Shown: positions 30,545-39,426 of the stretch, in pieces
Numbering within the stretch: the first letter of the stretch is position 1
How the letters are laid out: each line of letters begins with the position of its first letter
Assembly: GCA_021604525.1 (NCBI GenBank)
Contig: BQJD01000017.1
Coordinates: forward strand, 11,231-75,230
Source of the DNA: a marine bacterium B5-7
GTDB lineage: Bacteria; Pseudomonadota; Gammaproteobacteria; Arenicellales; CAJQKF01
DNA length: 64,000 bases
Reading direction: 5' to 3'
The notes under the pieces: model-generated
The model's input: only the letters and a program-made list of their open reading frames with translations
What the model was told of the DNA's origin: nothing
The model's database searches: none
Position numbers and translations under genes: made by a program

Positions 30545-31506
30545 AAATTTGTATTTTCGGTGCCGGTGCAATTGGCGGATATTTTGCCGTTTCACTGGCA
30601 CGAAGCGGACAGGATATATCCGTAGTTGCACGGGGTCCGCATTTGCAGGCAATACAACAGCATGGCCTGAAGCTGAAAATAGAAGGTGAGGAACGTGTCG
30701 CCCACGTGATGGCTACTGACGACCCGACCGAGTTGGGTCCGCAGGATTATGTCATCGTCACCTTGAAAGCGCATTCGGCCGTTTCAACGGTTGATTCGTT
30801 ACTGCCATTACTCGGACCGCATACCGCGGTGGTAACAGCGATGAACGGCATTCCGTGGTGGTACTTCCATGGTCTCGATTGCCCCTGGCAGGATCAGATG
30901 CTTGAGAGTGTCGATCCGGGTGGGCGGCAATGGCGCATGATCGGACCCGAGCGTGCTATTGGATGCGTGGTGTATCCGGCTACCGAGGTTATTGAGCCTG
31001 GAGTCGTTGAGCATATCAGCGGCAATCGTATGGTTGTCGGTGAGCCCGATCAAAGCGATAGCCCCCGATTGAAAGCACTGCGAACCGTACTGATTGATGC
31101 CGGATTTAAATCACCGGTCCGCCGCATACGTGATGAAATCTGGGTCAAGCTATGGGGAAACCTGTGCTTTAATCCGATCAGTGCACTGACACGGGCAACG
31201 CTTGACACTATCGTTGCTGATCCGAATACTCGCGAAGTCGCCCGGCGCATGATGACGGAAGCTCAGGTCATTGGTGAAAAACTCGGTGTGCGCTTTGGCG
31301 TCGATATCGACAAGCGTATCGATGGCGCGGGAGCGGTCGGTACCCACAAGACCTCGATGTTGCAGGATCTGGAGCGTGGGCGTCCTATGGAGATTGATGC
31401 ACTGGTCACATCGGTTCAGGAGCTTGGCTCGATCACCGGCACACCAACACCGACGATTGATACGATACTTGCGCTTATCAAACTGCTTGAAAAATCTGTG
31501 CGCTGA
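30541..31506 (+). CDS. 2-dehydropantoate 2-reductase (PanE/ApbA) family oxidoreductase
   Basis: N-terminal Rossmann motif ICIFGAGAIGGYF and C-terminal KTSMLQDLERGRPMEID. 4-nt overlap with the ligase gene. Confidence 0.85.
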   Translation: MKICIFGAGAIGGYFAVSLARSGQDISVVARGPHLQAIQQHGLKLKIEGEERVAHVMATDDPTELGPQDYVIVTLKAHSAVSTVDSLLPLLGPHTAVVTAMNGIPWWYFHGLDCPWQDQMLESVDPGGRQWRMIGPERAIGCVVYPATEVIEPGVVEHISGNRMVVGEPDQSDSPRLKALRTVLIDAGFKSPVRRIRDEIWVKLWGNLCFNPISALTRATLDTIVADPNTREVARRMMTEAQVIGEKLGVRFGVDIDKRIDGAGAVGTHKTSMLQDLERGRPMEIDALVTSVQELGSITGTPTPTIDTILALIKLLEKSVR

Positions 31507-31512
31507 AAGCCC

Positions 31513-34500
31513 TCAGGATGGGGTTGCGATTGTATTGAGAGGTGCTACATATTCAATCTCACGCACATACCGGTCCCACATGGTTGAGTAAGCGTCTTCC
31601 AACTCCTTGGCGATACGCCCAGGTTGCATCAACGATGAGTTTTTCATTCGCTGCCGCATGGTGAGTTTCAAATCGATGAGGTGCTCGGGCTGTTGGGCAA
31701 ACTTGATCGCCTTGTCGATATAGTCGGTTGTGTCCCTCGCGATCCAGTCGTTAAGTCCCAGCCGGGTCAGAATACTGGCACCCACTCGCGCGGCATGACG
31801 ATCACCGGCAAGAGCCAGCACGGGTACACCCATCCATAATGCGTCACAGGTGGTTGTCGTACCGTTATAGGGAAACGGATCAAGCGCAATGTCGATCTGA
31901 TTATATAAATTCAAATGCTCGGCGTTGTCGATCGTGTTCATCAGGTGAATTCGTTGTGGTTCGATACCCTGTTTTGAGAATTTATTCTGGTAACGTTCGA
32001 CAATCTCACGATTATTGAGGTTGTGTGCCTTGATGAGTAACGTGGACTCCGGTAACTGACGCAGTATTCCTGACCAACATGCGATGACATCGTCATTGAC
32101 TTTATTGATGTTGTTGCAACAGGCAAACGTGTAGTGGCGATGATTCTGAGTATTGTTGTTCAGCGTGATAGGGACAGCGACAGCATGTCTTGAGTAACCT
32201 AAAAAACCGTTCGGTAAACGAATCAGCTGTTCGCTATGCAGCGAATCCGATACACCCGGTGGATCGGCCTCGGTATCGGTAATTCGATAGTCGATCTCCC
32301 CAAGGCCGGTGGTATTTGCATATCCAAGGTAGGTGCACTGTATCGGCGCCGGCTTGCGAGCGAACAAGGGGAGCCGGCCACCTCCCGTATGACCACTCAA
32401 GTCCACCAGTATATCGATGCCGTCGTGTCGTATCTGCTTTTCGACGGTCGCATCGTCAATATGCTTTATCTCCCGCCAGTAGTCACTGAACAGACGTAAC
32501 TTGGTTGTCATAACGTCACTACCGCCAGTAGCAGAATAGCAGTACACCTCGAAGCGATCACTATTGCGGAACTTCAGGACGTTGTAGAAGAACATGGCGA
32601 CCGAGTGCATCTTGAAGTCCGCCGACACATAACCGATGCGAATTTTCGATTTGTTTCGCCTTGTCAAGTTATGTGAACGGCAAACATCAATCAAGGAAGC
32701 AGATACCGCGTTGCCCCATTGCTGGTGGAGCATGAAGTTTTGTTCCGGACGGAGTCTTTGGTTGTAGTTAGAGAAGAACAGCCGGTTACTCCAGTTCGGA
32801 TTTTTCGCCTCAATCCTTGAAGTGGCATATCGCCACAGGCGATGCGCCGTGTCGAGCTTTCCACGAGACGCACTTATGCTGGCGAGATATGTCCAGTAAA
32901 TTGAGTTTTCAGGATTGATCCGAATTGCTTTTTGAACGGAATCAATCGCTGCGGTCATATCACCGGATTTCTCTCGCAGACGGGCTTCAATGAACAACAA
33001 GTCTTCCGCATTAGCCCCCGTGGTTCTCAACGATTCAAGCAGTCTCTCGGCGCGCTGTAGAAATTTCTTTTCCAGCGCGTGTTCGAACTGTGCCCTGAAC
33101 CACTCCTCGGAGTCGAGGAATTTTATTAAATGTTGAGAGATGGGATCGTCAGGTTTTATCGAAATTTGTTGTTTAAAAGCACTCAATAAATGATCAATGC
33201 CCAAGGGGTTGAGCATCATAAGCTGATGCATTACCTTCCACGTCGATTCGGCATTGGATTGACGGGAATAAAGACCGATCAGGTTCTGAAGCGCCGCTGG
33301 GTATCCCGGCATGTATTTCAGACACTTGACATAGGCATGCACAACAAGCTTCTCGCTTCGTCCGCATTGCTGGTACACCGCGCCAATTTGAAACCAGGTA
33401 AGTGCGTTACCCCGATGGTATGCCAACGACCGTCTGTAAAAATGCAGCGCCTGGTCGAATTGCTGCAAGCTTTGTGCATGTAAGCCAAGGTTAAACATGG
33501 CTTCGCTGGATCCTGGATAAGCTTGTGCGACTTCCAGCGTGAGATCCTTGCAATGGGAATAATTTTGCGTTTTGAGTAGCTGGCCTGCCTGAATCAGCTG
33601 GTTGGCGAGACGTTCGCTTTCATGCACCGGATTCTTGTCATTATCCGACGGTGCAGGTTCATCGAGCGGCGTGCTGCTTACAATCCAGATATTTTGATCT
33701 GTTGCACCCAGTGTGAGCTGATAACGATTGTTACTGCCACATAGCTGGTCGATGTAGACTTTAATTTCGTCTATATAACCTGCATTTTTTTTCTCGGCGA
33801 TGTAGAAGACACAGCCCGGTTGCACAATATCAATCAAGTCGTCGAGAATATCTCGCACGGGACGATCAAAACCGAGAACACCAGACAACACAATAACGTC
33901 TGCTGTGCTTATGACACGCCGGGAAATGTCGGCACGGATATCTTCACACAGCAAAGTGTCGTAGCCACAACCGGCATTGGCGACGCGAATGCTTTCAGTC
34001 GAATGGTCGATACCCGTCAGTGTCAGGGCAGCTTCATGTTTCGCAAGCTCGCGGGCAAGGCGTCCGGTGCCGCAACCAATATCGACGACATGTGTCAGGA
34101 CATTTTCTTTGACACAGGCACGCGTCGCAATATCTTTTGCGATAACGGCCATGGCTTCATTCTCGGCAGCGCTGGCAATGTAGTTGGCAAGTTGTGCGCG
34201 ACGATCGAAAAATGCATGCCAGTCCCATGTTGCCGATCGATTATTCAGATGGTGCTGTATGCTTTTCGAAATCTCGTTATCAACAGAGCTATCGGAACAG
34301 GACAGATCCATGATGACGAGTTCATTGGGGGAGAACAATTGCAGCAGTGCATCGACAACACGTTCAAGGAATGTGTCGATCTCTGCCGCATCCCATAGAC
34401 TCAACAACCGCTTGAATCCACTCGCATCTTTTGCACATATGCTGCAACACGCAAAACGGATTATTTCTTCATCTGTAAGCTGGCCTTGGGTAGCTGCAAC

Positions 34501-34893
34501 GTAGGCGAAATGTATGAGGGCGTCGTCGAATCGATGACATTCCATTAACCGGTTGGCAAAGTGTATCCGCGCGTCTTTATTGGAAAAATCGAGTGCCAGG
34601 CAGTGGGAAAAATCGTTCAGCGCATCCTCGATATTGAGTAACTGCCATTTCAAATGCCCGGATTGCATCCAGACATCCGGATCATCGGGAGTCAAAATCA
34701 TTGCGTAGCGGAGGTGGTCCTGGGCGGCGGGCAGGAAGCCGAGCTTCTCGTCGATGGTCGAGAGGATTATCCAGTTGTCGCTATTGGATGGATCAAGTTC
34801 GCATAGCTCCGACCAGAGTGGGCGGGCAAGATCGAGACGGCCACTTTCAATAGCGGCTATGGCCGATGCGTGTAACGTTGATTGAGAATCCAT
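31513..34893 (-). CDS. multidomain TPR - class I SAM methyltransferase - TPR - GT41 (OGT/SPINDLY-like) glycosyltransferase
   Basis: Methyltransferase motif I VVDIGCGTGRLA (coded near nt 34080). TPR-like helices on both sides of it. C-terminal GT41-type region IRIGYVSADFKMHSV, LSGHTGGGRLPLFARKPAPIQ, FACCNNINK and DPFPYNGTTTTCDALWMGVPV. ATG 34893 preferred over the TTG at 34926. Confidence 0.8.
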   Translation of the reverse strand: MDSQSTLHASAIAAIESGRLDLARPLWSELCELDPSNSDNWIILSTIDEKLGFLPAAQDHLRYAMILTPDDPDVWMQSGHLKWQLLNIEDALNDFSHCLALDFSNKDARIHFANRLMECHRFDDALIHFAYVAATQGQLTDEEIIRFACCSICAKDASGFKRLLSLWDAAEIDTFLERVVDALLQLFSPNELVIMDLSCSDSSVDNEISKSIQHHLNNRSATWDWHAFFDRRAQLANYIASAAENEAMAVIAKDIATRACVKENVLTHVVDIGCGTGRLARELAKHEAALTLTGIDHSTESIRVANAGCGYDTLLCEDIRADISRRVISTADVIVLSGVLGFDRPVRDILDDLIDIVQPGCVFYIAEKKNAGYIDEIKVYIDQLCGSNNRYQLTLGATDQNIWIVSSTPLDEPAPSDNDKNPVHESERLANQLIQAGQLLKTQNYSHCKDLTLEVAQAYPGSSEAMFNLGLHAQSLQQFDQALHFYRRSLAYHRGNALTWFQIGAVYQQCGRSEKLVVHAYVKCLKYMPGYPAALQNLIGLYSRQSNAESTWKVMHQLMMLNPLGIDHLLSAFKQQISIKPDDPISQHLIKFLDSEEWFRAQFEHALEKKFLQRAERLLESLRTTGANAEDLLFIEARLREKSGDMTAAIDSVQKAIRINPENSIYWTYLASISASRGKLDTAHRLWRYATSRIEAKNPNWSNRLFFSNYNQRLRPEQNFMLHQQWGNAVSASLIDVCRSHNLTRRNKSKIRIGYVSADFKMHSVAMFFYNVLKFRNSDRFEVYCYSATGGSDVMTTKLRLFSDYWREIKHIDDATVEKQIRHDGIDILVDLSGHTGGGRLPLFARKPAPIQCTYLGYANTTGLGEIDYRITDTEADPPGVSDSLHSEQLIRLPNGFLGYSRHAVAVPITLNNNTQNHRHYTFACCNNINKVNDDVIACWSGILRQLPESTLLIKAHNLNNREIVERYQNKFSKQGIEPQRIHLMNTIDNAEHLNLYNQIDIALDPFPYNGTTTTCDALWMGVPVLALAGDRHAARVGASILTRLGLNDWIARDTTDYIDKAIKFAQQPEHLIDLKLTMRQRMKNSSLMQPGRIAKELEDAYSTMWDRYVREIEYVAPLNTIATPS

Positions 34894-35225
34894 GCGAAGC
34901 TTTTTTCTGTTTAATTGTAATGGCAATTCGCTGATGAATCATCAAGACTAGTGTATGAATGATTATGTCACCTGCGAAAACATATACGGTTGTATTCCTC
35001 ATCCAGGATAAACAACCGACCATATATGGACTATAGAAACTAGTTTCCAGAATACACCAATCATGCAGTAAGCCTGAATTCCTGAAACGGTAACAATAAA
35101 CGTGAAGAAATTACATTCAGGGTTTACTCGTACCAAATCGCGAATGATATGGCGTTATGTGGTCAGGTACAATAAGTGCTATCAGAGAAATGTACGAACT
35201 ACACAGGTGGGCGAGATGTCGGCTT

Positions 35226-36353
35226 TTAGCTGATTGTGGAATTGACCCGAGGATTTGACTTTGGCGCATCGACCAGCGTACCTTCCATCAGTTTTTTGAA
35301 CGCGTAGTAGGACGGCATTTTGCGCAACGTGCCACCACGATGATCCACCAATCCATAACCGGGATTAATGAGCTGCCACCAGTAAACTCGTTCCACCAGT
35401 TGGCTGCGCCAGGCAATCTTGAAGTAGTGTGTCAGATAATCGGCCTGGGTTGCCTCATCCACCGTCGATCGGGGATGGCCTGAATTCGGTGTGTACGGTT
35501 TAGTGTCAAGCAACGGCCAGTTGGTTTCACTGATCCAAAGACGCCGTCCGCTGACGTTGGAGACCGCGAGCATTGCTGCGATGAGGCGAATCTTGCGTTC
35601 GAGATTGAACACACCGTACTGTCGGCCATCGGGTGAGCCGCGACGATTGATATAAAGCAACGAGGCGCAAATATCGAATTGCTGAGGGTGAAAATTAAAT
35701 AACGTTCGAAGCGTGACCAGCGGCTCGAAATCGATCACTGATGAGCCGGCTACTTCAATAGGATTCGAGGCATTTTTAATTTCGTTGATTGCCCGCATCG
35801 CCCGATCCATCAGGTCAAGCCATTGGCCGCTGTGCCGGCAGCCCCACTTGCTGCGATTGATGGCATTGCCTATCTGGTAGGTCCGAGCCCGAGGCGACAG
35901 GCCGGCGACGATTTGGCTCACCTGCCGCTGCCAGTTGTCCGGGTCACGAATGCTATCGCGGCTTTGCAAAATATTGATCGCAAAGTCGCGATCCGGCAGA
36001 CGATTCATCAGCTCAAGGTAGGGTTCAAGCTGATCTGCTTCCCAACAGGGTACTCGCACCATCAGGTTCCTGACATTGAGGTCGTCGACCATGTCGACGA
36101 TAGCGTCGTTAAAGCGAGTATCGGGTGTAACGCTCAGGCCGACAAAATCATGCGCATCGGCAGGCGCCGATAAGAATGGTTTCATGAACGAATAACGAAG
36201 TGCCACGAATGGACCTAAAGCCAAAACGCTGACCGCTATCTTCATGTACTCGATAATATTGCCAACGGAAGTTCGCGGCTTGTCGGACTCTTGCAGCTTG
36301 TAGGGCTGACTGGAGTACGGGTCCCACCAGTCGGGCAGGAGATCCGGATTCAC
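35226..36353 (-). CDS. hypothetical protein, TIM-barrel glycoside-hydrolase-like
   Basis: One N-terminal hydrophobic segment. Clan GH-A-like strands YQIGNAINRSKWG and RLWISETNWP, and a C-terminal YWWQLINPGYGLVD. Assignment rests on motif resemblance only. Confidence 0.45.
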   Translation of the reverse strand: MNPDLLPDWWDPYSSQPYKLQESDKPRTSVGNIIEYMKIAVSVLALGPFVALRYSFMKPFLSAPADAHDFVGLSVTPDTRFNDAIVDMVDDLNVRNLMVRVPCWEADQLEPYLELMNRLPDRDFAINILQSRDSIRDPDNWQRQVSQIVAGLSPRARTYQIGNAINRSKWGCRHSGQWLDLMDRAMRAINEIKNASNPIEVAGSSVIDFEPLVTLRTLFNFHPQQFDICASLLYINRRGSPDGRQYGVFNLERKIRLIAAMLAVSNVSGRRLWISETNWPLLDTKPYTPNSGHPRSTVDEATQADYLTHYFKIAWRSQLVERVYWWQLINPGYGLVDHRGGTLRKMPSYYAFKKLMEGTLVDAPKSNPRVNSTIS

Positions 36354-37057
36354 GGTATGCGAACCGTGACGATGTCGAAGACTTCGTGACCGAGCCGTTG
36401 GCCACGCTGTTCAAATCGGGTTAACGGTCGACTGGATGGCCGCGGCGCAAAGTTTCCTGTACCGCAGGTGTTGCAAAGCAGTGGTTCCTGCGACACGTTT
36501 TGCATGATGAATTCGGCATATTCTTGCCAGTCGGTGGCGATGTGCAACTGTTCATCCGGTTCGAGACGTTCGGCAACCAGACCGATGAAGGAGGAATTCA
36601 AAAGACGGCGTTTGTGGTGACGTTTTTTCGGCCATGGGTCGGGAAAATAAACCATCACCCGCTTGATCGACGTGGGTGCAATGCGTTCGCCGATAAATTC
36701 GACCGCGTCGTGGTTTACGATTCGTACATTATCGAGCTCAGCCTCTGCGATCCCCTTCAACAGTTTGCCGACGCCAGGCCGATAAACTTCGATACCGATG
36801 AAATCGTGTTCAGGTCGCGCTGTCGCCATCTCGATCAAGGCATCGCCGTTGCCACAGCCAATCTCAAGTTCGAGAGGCGCATGACGTCCGAATACGGCCA
36901 CTCGGTCGATTGCATCACCGTGGCCGTCCAGTCCGTACTGTGGCCACAGTACATCGAGTGCGTGTCGTTGCGCTGATGTAATACGGCCTTCGCGCCGCAC
37001 GAAACTTCGTGACGAGCGACGATCGTCGGCTGGTTCTTTTGAGGCGAGTGTGTTCAT
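36350..37057 (-). CDS. trmB: tRNA (guanine-N7)-methyltransferase
   Basis: FVRREGRITSAQ, LELEIGCGNGDALIEMA, GIEVYRPGV and FPDPWPKKRHHKRR. ATG 37057 preferred; an alternative GTG is at 37084. Confidence 0.85.
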   Translation of the reverse strand: MNTLASKEPADDRRSSRSFVRREGRITSAQRHALDVLWPQYGLDGHGDAIDRVAVFGRHAPLELEIGCGNGDALIEMATARPEHDFIGIEVYRPGVGKLLKGIAEAELDNVRIVNHDAVEFIGERIAPTSIKRVMVYFPDPWPKKRHHKRRLLNSSFIGLVAERLEPDEQLHIATDWQEYAEFIMQNVSQEPLLCNTCGTGNFAPRPSSRPLTRFEQRGQRLGHEVFDIVTVRIP

Positions 37058-37130
37058 ACAGGTCAGGCGCGATTCTAACAGCACAGCGCATCAAATACGC
37101 TTTGCGTGTATCTGGAAGGGAGGCAATCAT

Positions 37131-37262
37131 GTGCTGCCCCTTGGTGGGCCGGCGGAATCGGTCAAACTGGAGGAGATTGAGCAAGATCCGGAACGGTTAA
37201 GAACATTGTGGGAAGCGGCGGCGCAGCGAACCGCGGAACGTACCTTGCAGCAATTGGAGTAG
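37131..37262 (+). CDS. possible small protein (43 aa), unverified
   Basis: GTG start 7 nt after a GGGAGG ribosome-binding site. Product MLPLGGPAESVKLEEIEQDPERLRTLWEAAAQRTAERTLQQLE looks helical and charged. Lies in an otherwise empty 209-nt gap. Confidence 0.2.
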   Translation: MLPLGGPAESVKLEEIEQDPERLRTLWEAAAQRTAERTLQQLE

Positions 37263-37293
37263 CTGCCGGTACCATTAGATAGCACAACAGTCA

Positions 37294-38511
37294 TCACGAT
37301 AATAATCGCTGGCGGGCGATGACGCGTCGCGAAATGTGGAGCATTACCACACAGGCAACCAGACAGTAAGCACCCATGACGCCAATCTGAACAGGGTAGG
37401 AAACCCCGATATCAATCAGGTAGCCTGTCAACCCTGGCCCCAGGGCGGTTGCAAAAACCATCGTTGCAACAATCACCGACCGAATCGCGCCGAGATGATG
37501 AACGCCGTAAATTTCCGGCCATACCGCACCAAGCAATGTCGACGAAAATCCGTAAGACACGCCAAGCAGTGCCATGAATACAAACACGGTCCATTGTTGC
37601 TCAAACAGCGCCAGAGAAAAGCAGGCGAGCGCCAGGGGAATCAAATAACCGGGCAACAGGCGAATGGCCGAGTAGCGATCGATCAGCCCACCGGAACCGA
37701 GCGCACAGATAAGGGTCATCAACGACATCACTGCAAATGAGCTGGCGAATGTCTGCATCGACCAGCCACGCAGTTCCACCAGATACACCTGATGAAAGAA
37801 TATTGTCGTGCCGATGAAACCAGGCGCCAGTACGCCCATCAATGTGAAATAGAACAAGGGATCGCGCAGGACTTCGCCTCGGGTCCAGTGACGCACCACA
37901 GGCCGTCGCTCCGCCGCATCGGTTGATCGAGGCTGACGTTCGCTGTGCATCAATAACCACAATACCGGCAGCGCCAGTATGATCGTCACCGCCGCCATCA
38001 GCCAGGTATAACGCCAGCCGACAGTTGCAACTACGGCGACAAAAATCAACGGGAAAACCGCTTCACCCACCTGGTGACCGATGGTGGCGATCGATAGTGC
38101 ACGCCCACGTTCGGCGCTGAACCATCGCCCCATGGCAGTCATGGAGATATGCGTCATCATGCCCTGGCCAAACAATCGCAGAGCATACAGGGTCAATACC
38201 AGTATCCACAGATGCGATACCCGGGACATCGACGCTGCTGCCAATGCCAGTAGTGGCGCGACAATCAATATGGTACGGGCCACGCTCATCTCATCGACGA
38301 TACGGCCAAGACGCGGTAACGTCAGGGCGCTCGCCAGTGTCGCCATCATATAGAGGCTGCCGAAGTCGCCGTGAGACAAATTGAACTCAGCGCGAACATG
38401 ACCTGAGGACAGGGCGATAAAAAAGGTTTGGCCGTAAGATGAAAAAAACGTTAGTAGAAAACCGCCGAATACCCAGCGTAAATTATCTTTTAAGAAGGTC
38501 AGAAATGACAT
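37294..38511 (-). CDS. MFS transporter
   Basis: About 12 hydrophobic segments and MFS loop motifs (LPRLGRIVDE). Confidence 0.8.
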   Translation of the reverse strand: MSFLTFLKDNLRWVFGGFLLTFFSSYGQTFFIALSSGHVRAEFNLSHGDFGSLYMMATLASALTLPRLGRIVDEMSVARTILIVAPLLALAAASMSRVSHLWILVLTLYALRLFGQGMMTHISMTAMGRWFSAERGRALSIATIGHQVGEAVFPLIFVAVVATVGWRYTWLMAAVTIILALPVLWLLMHSERQPRSTDAAERRPVVRHWTRGEVLRDPLFYFTLMGVLAPGFIGTTIFFHQVYLVELRGWSMQTFASSFAVMSLMTLICALGSGGLIDRYSAIRLLPGYLIPLALACFSLALFEQQWTVFVFMALLGVSYGFSSTLLGAVWPEIYGVHHLGAIRSVIVATMVFATALGPGLTGYLIDIGVSYPVQIGVMGAYCLVACVVMLHISRRVIARQRLLS

Positions 38512-38752
38512 GCCGGATTGTCGTCGTTATAAAGTATATAAAATTAAGGATTCATGGATTAACGGTGTTCCATTCACACCCATGATGCGAGGCAATAGAT
38601 GACTGTGCCGCTTACCTGTCTTGCCCTGAATCTTGCGGTTGGGTATGAAAGCTGTAAAACTACTCTTGCATCATACGGTGAATTGGATTGATTCTCCGGA
38701 CGGAATAATGACGCAAGTAACACCAACCAAAAATTTCAGGGAGACGATATCA

Positions 38753-39409
38753 ATGACTCAAGAGCAACAACCATCAGCCACGAATCGACGCAAACTGATT
38801 AAGGCGCTTACGATTGGCGGCGTTGCTGCTGGTACGGCTAAACTTCCCGAGCAGTGGGCGAAGCCTGTGGTCGAATCTATTGTACTGCCAGCTCACGCCC
38901 AGACTACGCAACCAGAAGCACCCCCGGGTCCAGATCTCGGTGACGGATATTTTCTGGCACAAGGTAGCGGCATAGCTTTGCAGCAACCTGACGATTCGAT
39001 TTTGGACTATTTTGCTCGTCCGGCACATGCGCAAGACGACATTGACGCTGATCAATTCGTGGTAGGTTGTGTGTCGCTGAAAGACGGAAAGTTGTACATC
39101 GACTCACTTTATAACGACATCACTGGTGACGGCGTATTTTGTCTTCTGGACAACCTCATGGAAGTCAGCGGTGTACCACTCGGTGGCAGCCAGTCTCTCA
39201 ATATTGGTTCAGAGTTTGATCTTCCCGCCGAAACCGAAGACTGCGACAACGATTTCTATCCGGCTACCGTGCATTTCGATAGTATTTCCGGGCAGGCGCC
39301 CAATCGCATGGTGACAATACGTCTGGTTACCGCTGCGACCAACGATATCGTTGTCTGTCAGGAAACCGACAAGCCTACCTGTGAGAGCGCGGTTACTTTA
39401 CCGGAGTAA
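38753..39409 (+). CDS. exported hypothetical protein, member 1 of the RR...LPxQWxxPVV...LPAHAQTT presequence family
   Basis: GGGAGA ribosome-binding site 8 nt before ATG 38753. Twin-arginine TNRRKLIKALTIGGVAAG followed by LPEQWAKPVVESIVLPAHAQTT. Acidic mature part with 5 Cys and a second ARPAHAQDD motif. Confidence 0.6.
   Translation: MTQEQQPSATNRRKLIKALTIGGVAAGTAKLPEQWAKPVVESIVLPAHAQTTQPEAPPGPDLGDGYFLAQGSGIALQQPDDSILDYFARPAHAQDDIDADQFVVGCVSLKDGKLYIDSLYNDITGDGVFCLLDNLMEVSGVPLGGSQSLNIGSEFDLPAETEDCDNDFYPATVHFDSISGQAPNRMVTIRLVTAATNDIVVCQETDKPTCESAVTLPE
38786..38908 (+). other. conserved presequence block, copy in member 1
   Basis: Encodes RRKLIKALTIGGVAAGTAKLPEQWAKPVVESIVLPAHAQTT. The LP...AHAQTT part matches members 2 and 3 at 15 of 22 residues. 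Confidence 0.6.
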
Positions 39410-39426
39410 TGTTTCTTTTTTGGCAC

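Noticed and set aside
33820-34398. 192-aa plus-strand ORF antisense to the TPR-MT-GT41 gene.
   Set aside because: Fully nested opposite a gene with clear motifs. Its Cys/Arg/Gln-rich low-complexity translation is typical of shadow frames.
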